Source: Catajapyx aquilonaris (lineage: Eukaryota). Taken from it: a stretch of DNA of 62,958 bases. The notes below the pieces were generated by a model. The model did not search any database. It saw only the letters and a list, made by a program, of their open reading frames with translations, and had not been told where the DNA came from. The stretch spans positions 1 through 62,958 of the forward strand of contig KZ539250.1 of NCBI GenBank assembly GCA_000934665.2, in the 5' to 3' direction. This document shows positions 22,748-34,730 of this stretch, one piece after another; position 1 is the first letter of the stretch, and the number at the start of each line of letters is the position of its first letter. The translations under genes and the position numbers were made by a program.

Positions 22748-24009
22748 ATGGAGAGTGCTCCGGCCGCTCTGGAGCTGACTCTTTGCGGCACGAACTCATC
22801 TCTGTCACCGAGTGCCAAACTGGAGCTGGGTTCGAGTGTGTGTTTATCAAACTCTGACTTGTCTTGCTGCCATCCTGTGGTGCCTAACGACTACGCTGTG
22901 ACCGCTGGTGTCCTCTGCAGCTTTGTGGCCATCTTCGGATCACTGGGCAACATGCTGACCTTACTTGCTTTGCCCTACGCCAGAAAGCGTGCCACTGACC
23001 CCTACAGGTAATCTCTAACCAATCTGTGGTGCTTAGCAAGAATGAAAATTACAATTTGTGATTTCAGTCCATTGAAGAGCTCCGCCACAATCCTGGTGGT
23101 GTCCCTGGCCATGTGTGACCTCCTCTACTGCATGGTTAACCTGCCAGTGTTTGCCCTCCAGTATTGGAACCGCGGATGGCACCACGGACCAGTGTTGTGC
23201 TGGATCGCTGCTTTCCTGCGACATCTCCTGGCCTTCGCTTCCTTCATGTCTCTGGCCGCAATTGCCATCAACAGATGCCTGGCCGTTTGGTCTCAAACAA
23301 CGTGCGATGTCCTCTTTGGTTGGAGAGGTGTTCCGGCCATCATATGCGTATGGCTGATGGCCCTAGTCTTCTGCTCTCCAGGACTGTTTAAGGTGTACGG
23401 ACAGTTTGGATACAACATGGAGAGTGGTCAGTGCGACATGGCTCCAGTGTCCGGTCGCAATGGGCACACCCTGATGGTCAGTCTGGCTGTGTTGCTGCCT
23501 CTTGCAACAATGGTCACGTGCTCCTGTCTCATTGTAGTCCGGTTGAGGCAGATATCCACTCCAATCATCAATTTCCAGTAAGTTATTCGATTGTTGTGAC
23601 AAATTGAGTGATTTATAGTCTGTACTATTTTTGCAGCGATGTTGGGTCCAGCACCAAAGAGTTTCTTCAGCGTCGTGACCATCGGTTGACACGCCTTTGC
23701 TTCGTCCTCTGCGGTGCTTTCTTGTTCCTGGTTGGTCCTCTGGCTCTTTGCAAAGCCTGTGGCTTCCGTTACGAGCCATGGTCCTGGATACAGCTCTCAC
23801 TAAACGCCCTATACTGGCACCACTACGCTGCCAACTTTTGCATATACGCCCTGAGAAACTCTTGCTTCCAGAAAGCCTACGGAACCTTCCTGAAGGAAGT
23901 TGTGCTTCTGCCTTTTGCCAAGTACACCCTCAGGAGAGGACCATCATTAGCATCAGAGAGGACCAACAGCACTGTGTTTACAATATCAATCAATGAGACC
24001 TCGTACTAG
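22748..24009 (+). CDS. Rhodopsin-class GPCR, Tre1/moody/GPR84-like (divergent paralog A)
   Basis: Exons 22748-23007, 23068-23577, 23637-24009. Seven hydrophobic segments; motifs GSLGNMLTLLAL, LAMCDLLYC, AIAINRC, GQFGYN..GQC, RDHRLTR, ANFCIY. Confidence 0.88.
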
Positions 24010-25859
24010 CCTGTACGAAGCATATAGTCGCAGGTAGCTGCAAATTAGCCTCCAAGAGAGGAAGAGCCACAATAACGTCTGCCGCAGGTCAATGAACATT
24101 ATTGTGGATTGGCCCCAGCCAACGAACATTATAGTGGCTTTGCTGCTCTTGGTGCCTCAGCTATACTGTGTACTCCTTTTGACCCCAACTCCTTAGACAT
24201 GCCAAAGAGGTGTCCATCAAAAGTGTCCTTCACTGTACTTCTCAACAAGAAGGGAAAAGCCCCCTTGGATGAACATCGTGACTAGGAGTGTTTCAGAATG
24301 CACCTGTTCTGCTGGTGCTAACAACACAGTGTGCACCAAGCACAACAGATATACACAAACAAAGGATGACGGATCACATGTGACTAAGTTAATGAATAGA
24401 AACAAACATATGGAAATTGTATGGACACACGTACGTGGATGTGACATGACATGGGGCGGAAATAACTGCACAATGCATGTTTTGCACCATTGTCGGGGCG
24501 TATACCAGAAGCTCCTGATCTACTCTGAATATTTCGTTAAAAGTTGTAAATGAAGTATGTACCAGTATAAACACTTAAAAAAAAAATTATTTCCTTGTTT
24601 TTATTATTGTAGTGATGCAATACCCGGTACTTGCCCTGGAGCAAACTGCCAGTACGTAGCTTACCTGCATATTGTAGTAACATATATGCAAATTACTGAC
24701 GCAAGTACCTATACCACGAACTGATTAATCTTCAGCAATTACACCACAGTCTTAAACAACACTGCAACGTACTATACGCAGCAGCATGCTTCAAATGGCA
24801 ATATTCCCAATTTTCCAGTTACATCCGGAATTAATATCTTTCTAACTACCCTATTGTTATCTCGGCGGGTAATGTTACATTGAAAGTAGGCCTATCTCTC
24901 TTGTTTACATTTTTTTCTTCTCTTTCTCTCCGTCTGGCTCCAAAATCCCAACTAGACGCGATGGGCCTTTCCAATCGCTTACTTCTGAGCAACAGGTTTT
25001 GGCAGGTGCAGTTCAAAAGACACTGGTGGGAAAACCCATTCAAAAAAATTCCCCTTAGAAGCCAGCACGAAAGACTGAGGATAAAGTACAGCTGGTTTTG
25101 ATCACTCTTCCTCATTAGCCATTTAATCACACCCTCCCTCGCCGCAGTAATTAATCTCCAGGTGGGTTATATTATCTTCGCGCTAATTCTTCCGGTGTGC
25201 TCTGGTCAAACACTGGCACCTTTGCAACCCACTTTGCAAATTAAAGGGGCTGCTCATAAATCAAACACGATGTCGCAATTTAATTAACTATAATATGTCA
25301 GCGTACAGTAATATATTTCTAGTCATTACAAATTAAGGAATTACAATTATTAAGGAATTGCAAGGAATGGTAGTAAAATTCTCGTCAAACACGATGTCAC
25401 CATTAAATTTTTTAAACGAATTGAATAAATCTTAGCTCGCATTTATATAGTCATGCAAAAAAAAAAAATTAAGTATATTGCTTAGTGAAGTATACACCGC
25501 TACAAATAATTTTAAATTATCATTTATTTAAATTCATGCAATTTTAAGAATATTGCACGATTAAAAATAATCCTCGATCACTAGTAATTTATTTATAATG
25601 TACGGTACATAATTATGTCATATTTAAAACTGGCCGTCAATATTAAAATACACAAATTAATAAAATGACAATTTAATATAATAATAATTTAATTTCGCCA
25701 TGGGCGATTAGCCCTTTTGGCCGAATCACAATTTAATATAACTAATGAAATATTACTATTTTAACCCCTTAGCTAATGATTTTACCTATTTAGCTATTAC
25801 AATAACTAACGATTGAAATATTTAACTCTTAGCAACAATTTCGTTATTGATTTTGAGTA

Positions 25860-26160
25860 ACTGTTAACTATTGGTAGCAGGGCCTATGAACTCGTATGAA
25901 CTATTAGCGACTATTGTATTTAACTATTATTAGTAGCTGTCCTAACTATTTTAACTATTTTAACTATTTAATTATTAACTTAACTATCAACTATTTTAAC
26001 TATTTTAGCTATTTTAACTTTTAACTATTAACTATTTTAGCTATTGGAACTATTAAGCTATTGGAACTATTAAACTATTGTAACTATTTTAACTATTAAA
26101 CTATTGTAACTATTGTAACTATTAAATTATTAAACTATTGAAACTGTTAAACTATATTTT
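25860..26160. repeat. AT-rich minisatellite of ~9-bp (TTAACTATT-like) units
   Basis: Many tandem degenerate units aactatt(tt/gt/aa). Confidence 0.75.
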
Positions 26161-28041
26161 AATGAATTGTAGTAATGATTTTAACATGATGTTATCATAT
26201 GAAATGGCCCAAGGTCATCCCGTGTTTATAAACTTTCCAGGTACGGATGACCCATGAACTTTGTGCGGTCAAGTTCACCGAACTTTTGCGACCCTAGGTT
26301 TTATTTATAAGTCGTCCATCACGTGGGATTTCCCAAGATGACAAGATGGGGTCATTTCAACTTCATTCCATAAGCGATGTTGGAACGATTTCCGGACCGG
26401 AATTTGAGGTTTTCCCCACCAATTTACTGCTCGGATAAATGCATTTTTTTAAAAACCCAACTCCTTGAAGCTCCTCCCACTTTGACATATACACACATGG
26501 GTACTCCAGTCTCTGGACCAATGGCAGGAGAGCAGATTGGACAAGCCCACCACCTCGTCTCCCGTCAAACTCTTGTGTCATATACACGTAGTACATATAT
26601 GAAACACACACTTGGGACGACGAGGGTCAGTCTCATATCGACAGCAGGACAGGTGAGTACACTAATTAAGAGCCCCTTTATTTACGCTTTGACATATGGG
26701 GGGGGTTTCCTTTTTAACGTTATGTTGTGGGCGCGCGTACGTCGTTGGTCCAAAGTTCGCACCAAGGGGGCAGGTTGCTCTCTTTAAAACTTGGTTGCTG
26801 GTGTCGACAATTTCAGGTGTACTGTGCGAGTTACGCAATTGCCAAATACTGGGCAACTAACTGTTCATCATGCAAAGGGTCAAGGCCACGTGCAATTATG
26901 GCGAAAAAACTTTCTTTTTTTTGCATGGTAATGACTCGCAGGTGCAGCAGGGGACACCCTTGTGAATAATGCAAAGCTGGTAAGTATAACACCTAGCACC
27001 GGTTGCAGAATAGGAAATGGAATAACATTATCAACATACAAAGGACGGCCGTTTCTGCACAGTCACTTACAATCAAACAGCCGTTTAATATTATTCAAGA
27101 TAACTGACGAAGGTGTCCTCATTAATTAGGCTCACTTATACAGAACACAATGTATACATATATGATTGTTATTATTCACATAGGCCATACGAATTTTACG
27201 TACATGTAAGGGTCATATGTCAATAATGTAATATTCAATGCACTCGTTGCGTGTGAAGAAATGAAGAGGTTGACTTATTTTTAAAACGTGCTAACATCGT
27301 TAGCAGATTGATTTCCGATAGGTTTCTTTAGGCTGAATTATTGAGTAGCCTACGGGATGGGTCACTTCTTGGGTCAAACTGTCCTTCTGATGTAGAGGGT
27401 TCACCTGCGAGATGAGGAAGGGCACGTCAATGTTTATTACCTATTGTGGTGTCAACCTTCTAGGTTTAATGCGTTTGGAGAAAATAAGGCTATTAGTATG
27501 TAACCATTGCCGGTACTGCCCTGGTACTTTGAAGGACACACATTTGTATTTTCTCCGAACCAGATCTTTGACTAACACATCCTATTTTTGTAACTACCGG
27601 CGGGGTTTATGGACGCGTAAGAAGGCGCTGTCCTGCGGTAAAAATTGAAGGTCAGGGATTACTCGAGAATGTGTATGACTCACGTAAACAAGAATTATTG
27701 TATGGGAAATACCTAAAGGAGAGGCCCCGACGTGGGTATTATAAGCGTACGTGGGGTGCGTATGAATGAAAATTGCGTTTGTACGTTACCATATATCCAA
27801 GGTCATCGCTGGTAAAACACTGATAATACCAAGAGGACAACGACCCGTTAAATCAGCACAGTGCTCCGAAGTTGTCCACCCAAGCAACCACATTTGAAAA
27901 GAAGCAACTCTGTTTATAGAAGTACGCACTGTACTTATAACACATCCTGTACATGACAAAAAAAACAAGGGAATTTCCCCCCTTCATATGTTTAAGATGC
28001 TACAAGGTCACATTTCTTATCTTCTTTTTCTTCTAAAAAGG

Positions 28042-29537
28042 ATGTGGAACTATACGTTTGACAACAATGATACGTATGACAACAATGATACGTACTACAA
28101 CAATGCGACGGAACTTCCTGATTTTTGTCGGGATTTGTCGCTAGGGGCAGAGCATTGCGTGGATCCAGGAGCGCCGCCATGTTGTTTCGCTCAAATCCCG
28201 CGGCCGTTCGCCATTTCTGCAGCGGTCCTTTGCTTCGTGGTCACCGTGGCTGGAACCATCGGGAATATGTTGACCCTGATGGCCATACCGTACGCTCGAA
28301 GCAGGTGCAAGGATTCAAACAGGTAGGATTCAAAAATGGCTTATGGATTCAAAATGGCCGCCCTCTCGCGCATAAGGCATAACCAACCTGTTCTTTCTAC
28401 ATGTATAGTTCGCTGTTCAACCCGATGACCCTTCTGGTGGTCAACCTGAGTCTGTCTGACCTGCTGTACTCCCTGTTTAACATGCCTGCGTTTGCGATGG
28501 AGTACATCAACGCTGGTTGGGCGTACGGACCTGGTTTGTGCTGGGCATCTGCATGGTTCAGACACATACCGCAGTTTGCGTCGTTCATGTGCGTCGGTGC
28601 CATTGCGTTACATCGATGTCTCATGTTGTGGTGGCCTAAGGCAGGAAAAGCGCTCTTTTCGACCTGGCATACCATACCTGCCATCTTGGCCATCTGGCTG
28701 TACGCATTCGGACTCATCATGCCTGTAGTGCTAGGGGTACGCTGCACAATTCCGTCACATTGTACTATAACACACAAAAAGATTGTCGCACTGTGTGGTG
28801 TTCGCGACTTTTTGGTTTGCCCTTCTGCCGCAAGGGGCCCCCAGCAACGACCCTTGCGGCAGGAGGGAAAACCAAAAAAGTCGCGCGACAATCTTTTTGC
28901 GTGCTATAGTACTTCACATGCTAACACTACTTCATAATTTCAGATTGACGGCAAACTAGGCTACAACTACCAGATGGGTCAGTGCGACGCTGTGCCAGTG
29001 GCAGGACGCAACTTCCATGGTCCAGCGGTGATGATAGCCATCTTGCTGCCTCTGAGTATCATGATGGTGTCCTCAGTGATGATTGTCATCAAAGTGAGGA
29101 GCAGTCGAGCCAGGTTGGGCAATATCGGTATGTGTTCAACGACAGTCGACCAGCTGTGGCGTCGAGAGATGCGTCTGACGGTACTGGTAGCGCTTCTGAT
29201 CATCGCGTACATTGTCTGCATCTCCCCAACTGCAATTGTGAAACTACTTGGAGGAGGACAGCCCGTGACGGTGTACCATGTGGTCGCCTTCTTCATCTAC
29301 TGGTCACACTTTGTCATCAACATCTTCATCTACTCGCTAAGGAACGGTGTGTACAGACGTGCGTACATACTGTTTTTCAAGGACACCCGGAAGATGGTGG
29401 TTCGAGGTGGTTCCAAGATTAAGGCCAGTCTTCCCAAACCATCCTTCAGGAGACCAAGCAACACCACGTCCTCATCGTCCTCATCTGTCTACACCATATC
29501 GAGCAATCGCACCACCTTTAGCACCGACATTACGTAA
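28042..29537 (+). CDS. Rhodopsin-class GPCR, Tre1/moody/GPR84-like (divergent paralog B)
   Basis: Exons 28042-28322, 28409-28736, 28944-29537. Motifs GTIGNMLTLMAIPY, LSLSDLLY, AIALHRC, GKLGYN..GQC, REMRLT, INIFIY. The first intron is at the same position as in paralog A. Confidence 0.88.
28762..28912. mobile_element. Intronic foldback/MITE-like element
   Basis: Outer arms GTACTATAACACACAAAAAGATTGTCGC and GCGACAATCTTTTTGCGTGCTATAGTAC; inner arms CGCGACTTTTTGGTTT..CTGCCGCAAGGG and CCCTTGCGGCAG..AAACCAAAAAAGTCGCG. Confidence 0.7.
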
Positions 29538-30264
29538 AAAACATATATAAACGTCATACATCACCCACTGCCTCTCAATATGATCTCTCTATACCTTTTA
29601 TTGTTACTTGAAAAGTATCTCTCTCAGGAGCGGCCATGTCTTATTATTGTTATGTGCGACAATCTTTTTGTGTGTTATAGTACCTGCGTAGTTAATTGCA
29701 TTTTGCGCCAATCACTGTAATTCACACATGCTACTCTCGCTGCCTTCTTATGTGTGTGAATAATGTATTTCGACAGTTTTAGAGTGTGTACATATAGAGG
29801 CTACATATGATTTTTTTTTAACGAATGCAACCGAGTGCGCAACACATCTCGCGCAAATTGATGGGGGGTAACAATATGGCTGACTTTTGCGACGTTGCCA
29901 AGGCTTAAACGAACTTTAGAGACAACCATATGTGAATTTGGCTCCCTAGCTGTGGCAACGAGGGAACAATGAAATTGCGCGAGTATGGATGCGCACCCGG
30001 TTGCGCTCGTAAAAAAAAAAATCATATTTTTTATACAAAGTACTAAAGCTTTCTGTCTGGTTGTTTACGCCTCATTTGAATGTAAGTTGCCATTAAAAAC
30101 AACCAAGTAGCATTTTATACTCTAACAAGTGATATGTATTGTCAATAACTTAATAAAATTTGTACGTTTTGAAATGTGCGCATCATAGCTTGAGGATGTA
30201 CCCAAAATTAAACTCGATTTTAGAGCAAATGTATATTAAAACCACAAGTCATATGCAACACAAT

Positions 30265-31631
30265 CTACGTCGGAGGTGGAGTTGAAGGGGATGGTCTGAG
30301 TGCCAGTATGTGCACTTGCGTACTGGCTGAGTGCATGTGGGCCATTTCGGTCATGCATGTCTTGTTGGAGAATGACCTGGAGTGACCGTTGGACACCCCG
30401 TTGCCTCCGCTTGTTCCGTCTTGTATACACAGGAGTTCCCGGAAGGCCTGACGGTACTGTCGGTTGCTGACGAAATAGATGAGTGGGTTGACCACGCTGG
30501 ATGCCCAGGCCAGGATCGATGCCAGTATGTGCACCGTTGGGTAATGCAGCTGCCAAAGAAAGATAACAATCAGATGTGCGTCACACACTTACCCAATCGC
30601 ACTTGGCCGGAACATTCTGAGAAAAATGAAAGGCTCCGGAAAGGATCATGTTGCGGTATGGTAACACTATACCTGATCGTCAGCCACGTTGACCAACATA
30701 AGTGGTAAGAAGCAGAGGAGGAAAGTGCAGAAGATGAGCACCATCATTCTTGTTAGACGCAGATCGTCTCTTTTTGGTGACGGTGTTGACGATACTGATG
30801 CCGTCTTGCCATCCCTGCATGTCAAACGATCCAGTCAGTGTGACCCCATTTGACCCTCACTATATACACTTACCCTTTGGAATGTGTGTGTGACAAAAGT
30901 GCGGTCCGACTGCGCCGCACTTTTCTGTAAATACAACCGTAGCAGACCAGTATGGCAAGACATGGAAGGAGGAATCCGAAGACGAAGAGGAACTTCTTCG
31001 GTGATCGGCCATCTTTAGGCAGTATGGTGCATGAGAACGTGGGCGGATCCAACCCGAGGCGTCCCCACACTTCAGCCAACGGTGGGGCCAACATACTGAA
31101 GCTGAATGACCACACCATCAGTATCATCACTGCCACAATCCATCCTCTGCCATACACACGCTCGTACACACCGTGCCAGGATATCAGCACGTACCTGAAA
31201 TATATGCATAGACATGTACATCCGCATCAATAGTAGTAAGACGGATGTCTATACCTATTGATGGCGATGGCCACCATGGACATCAGTGAGGCTGCCACGT
31301 TCCCGTAGAAGAAGAATGGGAATAGCCGACACAGTGGCTCTCCAAGGACCCATGCTTCGTGGATGTACCGGGATGCTGTGGCAGGGAGGTTGATGGCGCA
31401 GAAGAGGAGGTCAGCACCACAGAGGCTGAGGACGAAGGCGGTGGTGGCTTGCGACCTCAGCTTACGGCTTCGGAGTAAGGCCATTATGCTGAGGAGGTTG
31501 CCTGCAAGACCCACAGCGGACAGGACCACTGCACAGGATGCGGCCAACACTGTGGCCTCTCGAGGGAAAGGCACGGGCGAGGATGACACCGGGACATCTT
31601 CAACGCCAATGGTCGATTCGTCGTAATCCAT
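30265..31631 (-). CDS. Tre1: Trapped in endoderm 1-like GPCR
   Basis: Exons 31631-31255, 31194-30874, 30814-30673, 30549-30265. Motifs: ATTAFVLSLCGADLLFCAINLP, FFFYGNVAASLMSMVAIAINRY (NRY), WGRLGLDPPTFSCTIL, SPKKFLFVFGFLLPC, DDLRLTRMM, WASSVVNPLIY..NRQYR. Confidence 0.9.
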
Positions 31632-32326
31632 GGTTCATCTGCTGGGTGGAAAGTAAGTGCTGTTTATTTTTGATCATCTTACAGTTAGTTGGTGTTGTTG
31701 AGGTGACGATTCAATGGTACGTGCCTGTGCACATATCAGCTAGTAGCCAACTGACTGACAGCACAGCCAACTAGCCAAGGTCGACAGTATGGCAACAGCC
31801 TCCGTGCAAGAATAAGACACCCTCAGAAATTATTGATAAAACATGTTACGTAATGATAATGACGAAGACGCCCACGCATCATTTCAAGAGCCTTTGCTAT
31901 TTATACGCGGTATCACTGCATGGCCAATTGACTGTCCAACACGAGGGTTGGCATCAATAAAAATCAGAGTCCCCCCCTCTCTCCCTTTGACAAAGAACAG
32001 TCTTCTGGAATCATAAGCGGTTTCCAAGCCTGGCAGTTTCAAAGGGAGCATAGGTCACATAGGCTCAGGTTACACGTGTTTTTCTCTCTCGCGCCCTTTT
32101 TCCCTTGTTGTTTTCTCTCTGGGGGCTGTCAGGGAACGGTCGGCTGCCTCCCAACAAGAAGGGCAACGTCTCCATCAAGAAAACCTTGTCTCTATATGCA
32201 ATCTACTTGCATGTCAAGATTAGCAGACACATTATTTAGTAGAGCATCACTCACACAACAATGTCAAAGATGCATTCATTTTACCTCAAGAGACAATATT
32301 ATTGTCATCAATGTATGCCTATAGCA

Positions 32327-32327
<1 letters not shown>

Positions 32328-32393
<66 letters not shown>
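32328..32393. repeat. (ACT)n microsatellite
   Basis: Direct tandem repeat. Confidence 0.95.
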
Positions 32394-32394
<1 letters not shown>

Positions 32395-32469
32395 AGTAAA
32401 TAAATAAATAAATAAATTTTAATTAGAGGAACTGATTAGCTGCAATCACATGTGTTTAATAATGTCAAT

Positions 32470-32497
32470 TATATATATATATATATATANNNNNNNN

Positions 32498-32540
<43 letters not shown>
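32470..32540. repeat. (AT)n microsatellite spanning a small assembly gap
   Basis: Direct tandem repeat containing Ns. Confidence 0.95.
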
Positions 32541-32545
<5 letters not shown>

Positions 32546-33413
32546 GGTGGTATTTGTTTTCAATCTTTTGCAAACAAGCCATTGACCACACAGTAACTGA
32601 CCTATGGCCGGAAATGGACGGCAAGCGAGTGACCTCACCACATATATCCGTCTGGCCAGTGCTATGGTCACCACATTCCGATTTGAACCACGCAAAAAGC
32701 CAAAAATTGGTGCATTTGACGTGTTCAAAACTTGTGACCAAAATATTTTTTTTTTTAAAAAAAAAAATGGTTTCAACAGTTCTCCGCTACAATGAGTGTC
32801 GCTCTAATCGCGATTTTTTTTTGGCGGGAAAACCAGCAACAATTTAATTATTTTTGAGTAACTCACCAGCGATCTATATCCTGGACGAATCTATCCTCCA
32901 GAGGCACTTGAACAAGTGGTGGCTTGATGATGGTTCCCAGCCATCCTTCGTCTTCTTGCAAAGAGAAACGTTCCTCCCCCTTCCTCATTGGCCACTTTGC
33001 CGGCCAATGCCAGCCGGTTTCCTCCGACAGCCCGCCAATTTGCTACGCCAAAACCCCGTAAATATTGCACTTAGGTGACTGTAAACGAGTACACACACAT
33101 GTGTCACTGCACCCTCCCCTTTTTGTCATTCACATTGCTTATTATTCACCCCATCCTCATTACTAATGCCGGGTCAAATCAGCAGGACCACACACTAAAA
33201 ACAATAAGGGGTACATCATTTTGGACCAGTGATGTCACTATTCTTTACGACAAATTTCATGCTTTAGCCAAACATGGACAGTTAGTTTACACATTCATAT
33301 ATTAAATAAGTACATTAATTACTACGACTACGTCTACTATATTATGATTAAAGACGGTCAATTAAAAGATGATCCCCTAATAAAAAGCCCAAGGAGGCTT
33401 ATCAGGGGGTATC

Positions 33414-33414
<1 letters not shown>

Positions 33415-33497
<83 letters not shown>

Positions 33498-33712
33498 ATC
33501 TACTATTACGACTACGACTGCTATAACGACTACGACTATGTCTATGTCTACTATTACGACTACGACTACGTGTACGTCTACTACTATTACGACTACGACT
33601 ACGTGTACGTCTACTACTATTACGACTACGACTACGTGTACGTCTGCTACTGTTACGAGTCTTACGACCACGACGACTGTCTATTCTTCTTCTTCTTCTT
33701 CATCTTCTTCTT

Positions 33713-33764
<52 letters not shown>

Positions 33765-33887
33765 GTCTATGTCTACTATTACGACTACGACTACGTGTAC
33801 GTCTACTACTGTTACGACCACGACTGTCTTCTTCTTCTTCTTCTTCTTCTTCTTCTTCTTCTTCTTCTTCTTCTTCTTCTTCTTCTT

Positions 33888-33928
<41 letters not shown>

Positions 33929-33945
33929 GGTGCTGCTGCTGCAGC
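33415..33945. repeat. Compound trinucleotide microsatellite: (ATT)n, ACT/ACG higher-order units, (TCT)n, (ACT)n, (GCT)n
   Basis: Directly visible; it explains the poly-L/T/F/Y/I ORFs in the track. Confidence 0.95.
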
Positions 33946-34486
33946 ACTAGATAGGATAAGCTAGTTGCAAGCTAGTGACGTCGAGTGGAACTTTCGTCCC
34001 ACTGATATAGCTACTGTTAACTTAGCAGTGCCATTCCCAACATTGGTACTGCTAAGTTAGCAGTAACCAGCAGTGAGACGAAAATTCTACCCGTAATTTT
34101 CAGCCATTTTGATACGGAAGACAACAATAGAAATTTTCGATTAATTAAATGTATATGTATTAATATATTTATTAATTTTATTTGAACGTGGTAGAGTGAC
34201 CCTTATGTGAGTGTGCACTTGTTCTTGTTGGGTTGATGCCTTGATGGACACTGCATGATTGGTGGATTGGGGGTAGGGTCATGGAGATAAGCAGGAAGAA
34301 GCATAAAAAAGTTGGGTTGGATGGGATGGGATGGGGGGTGGGGGAGGGTGTGGTGGCGATGNGAGAAGAAGGGCAGCCCTTGTTTTTAGTTGGGGGGAAT
34401 TGCTTGGAGGGTAGTATAAGGTGGGTAGGGTATATGGGGGGTGGGGGAGGGAAGAAAGTTTCTCTGGAAAATGTAGCAAGATATAT

Positions 34487-34634
34487 CTGATGAGCGTCAA
34501 GGGCTGGGGAGGACGACTACGGTACACACACACACAGGGGTCCCTTCTGTCTTGATGGCGTCCTCAACTGAGCCTTTTATTGTTGCGTGGCCCACTTTGT
34601 TACTGATGAGCGTCAAGGGCTGGGGAGGACGACG

Positions 34635-34667
<33 letters not shown>

Positions 34668-34730
34668 GGTCCCTTCTGTCTTGATGGCGTCCTCAACTGA
34701 GCCTTTTATTGTTGCGTGGCCCACTTTGTT
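34487..34730. repeat. Tandem duplication of a ~115-128 bp unit containing a variable (CA)n tract
   Basis: CTGATGAGCGTCAAGGGCTGGGGAGGACGAC...GCGTGGCCCACTTTGTT occurs twice (34487-34601 and 34603-34730), differing mainly in (CA)n length. Confidence 0.9.

Noticed and set aside
33344..33954. Poly-Leu/Thr/Phe/Tyr/Ile ORFs
   Set aside because: They are translations of a compound trinucleotide microsatellite, with no splice or codon evidence.
34487..34730. Repeat-spacer-like pattern; CTGATGA resembling a hammerhead or C/D box start
   Set aside because: There are only two units, with a (CA)n tract and no unique spacers or cas genes, in a eukaryotic context. No GAAA hammerhead core or convincing stems were found.
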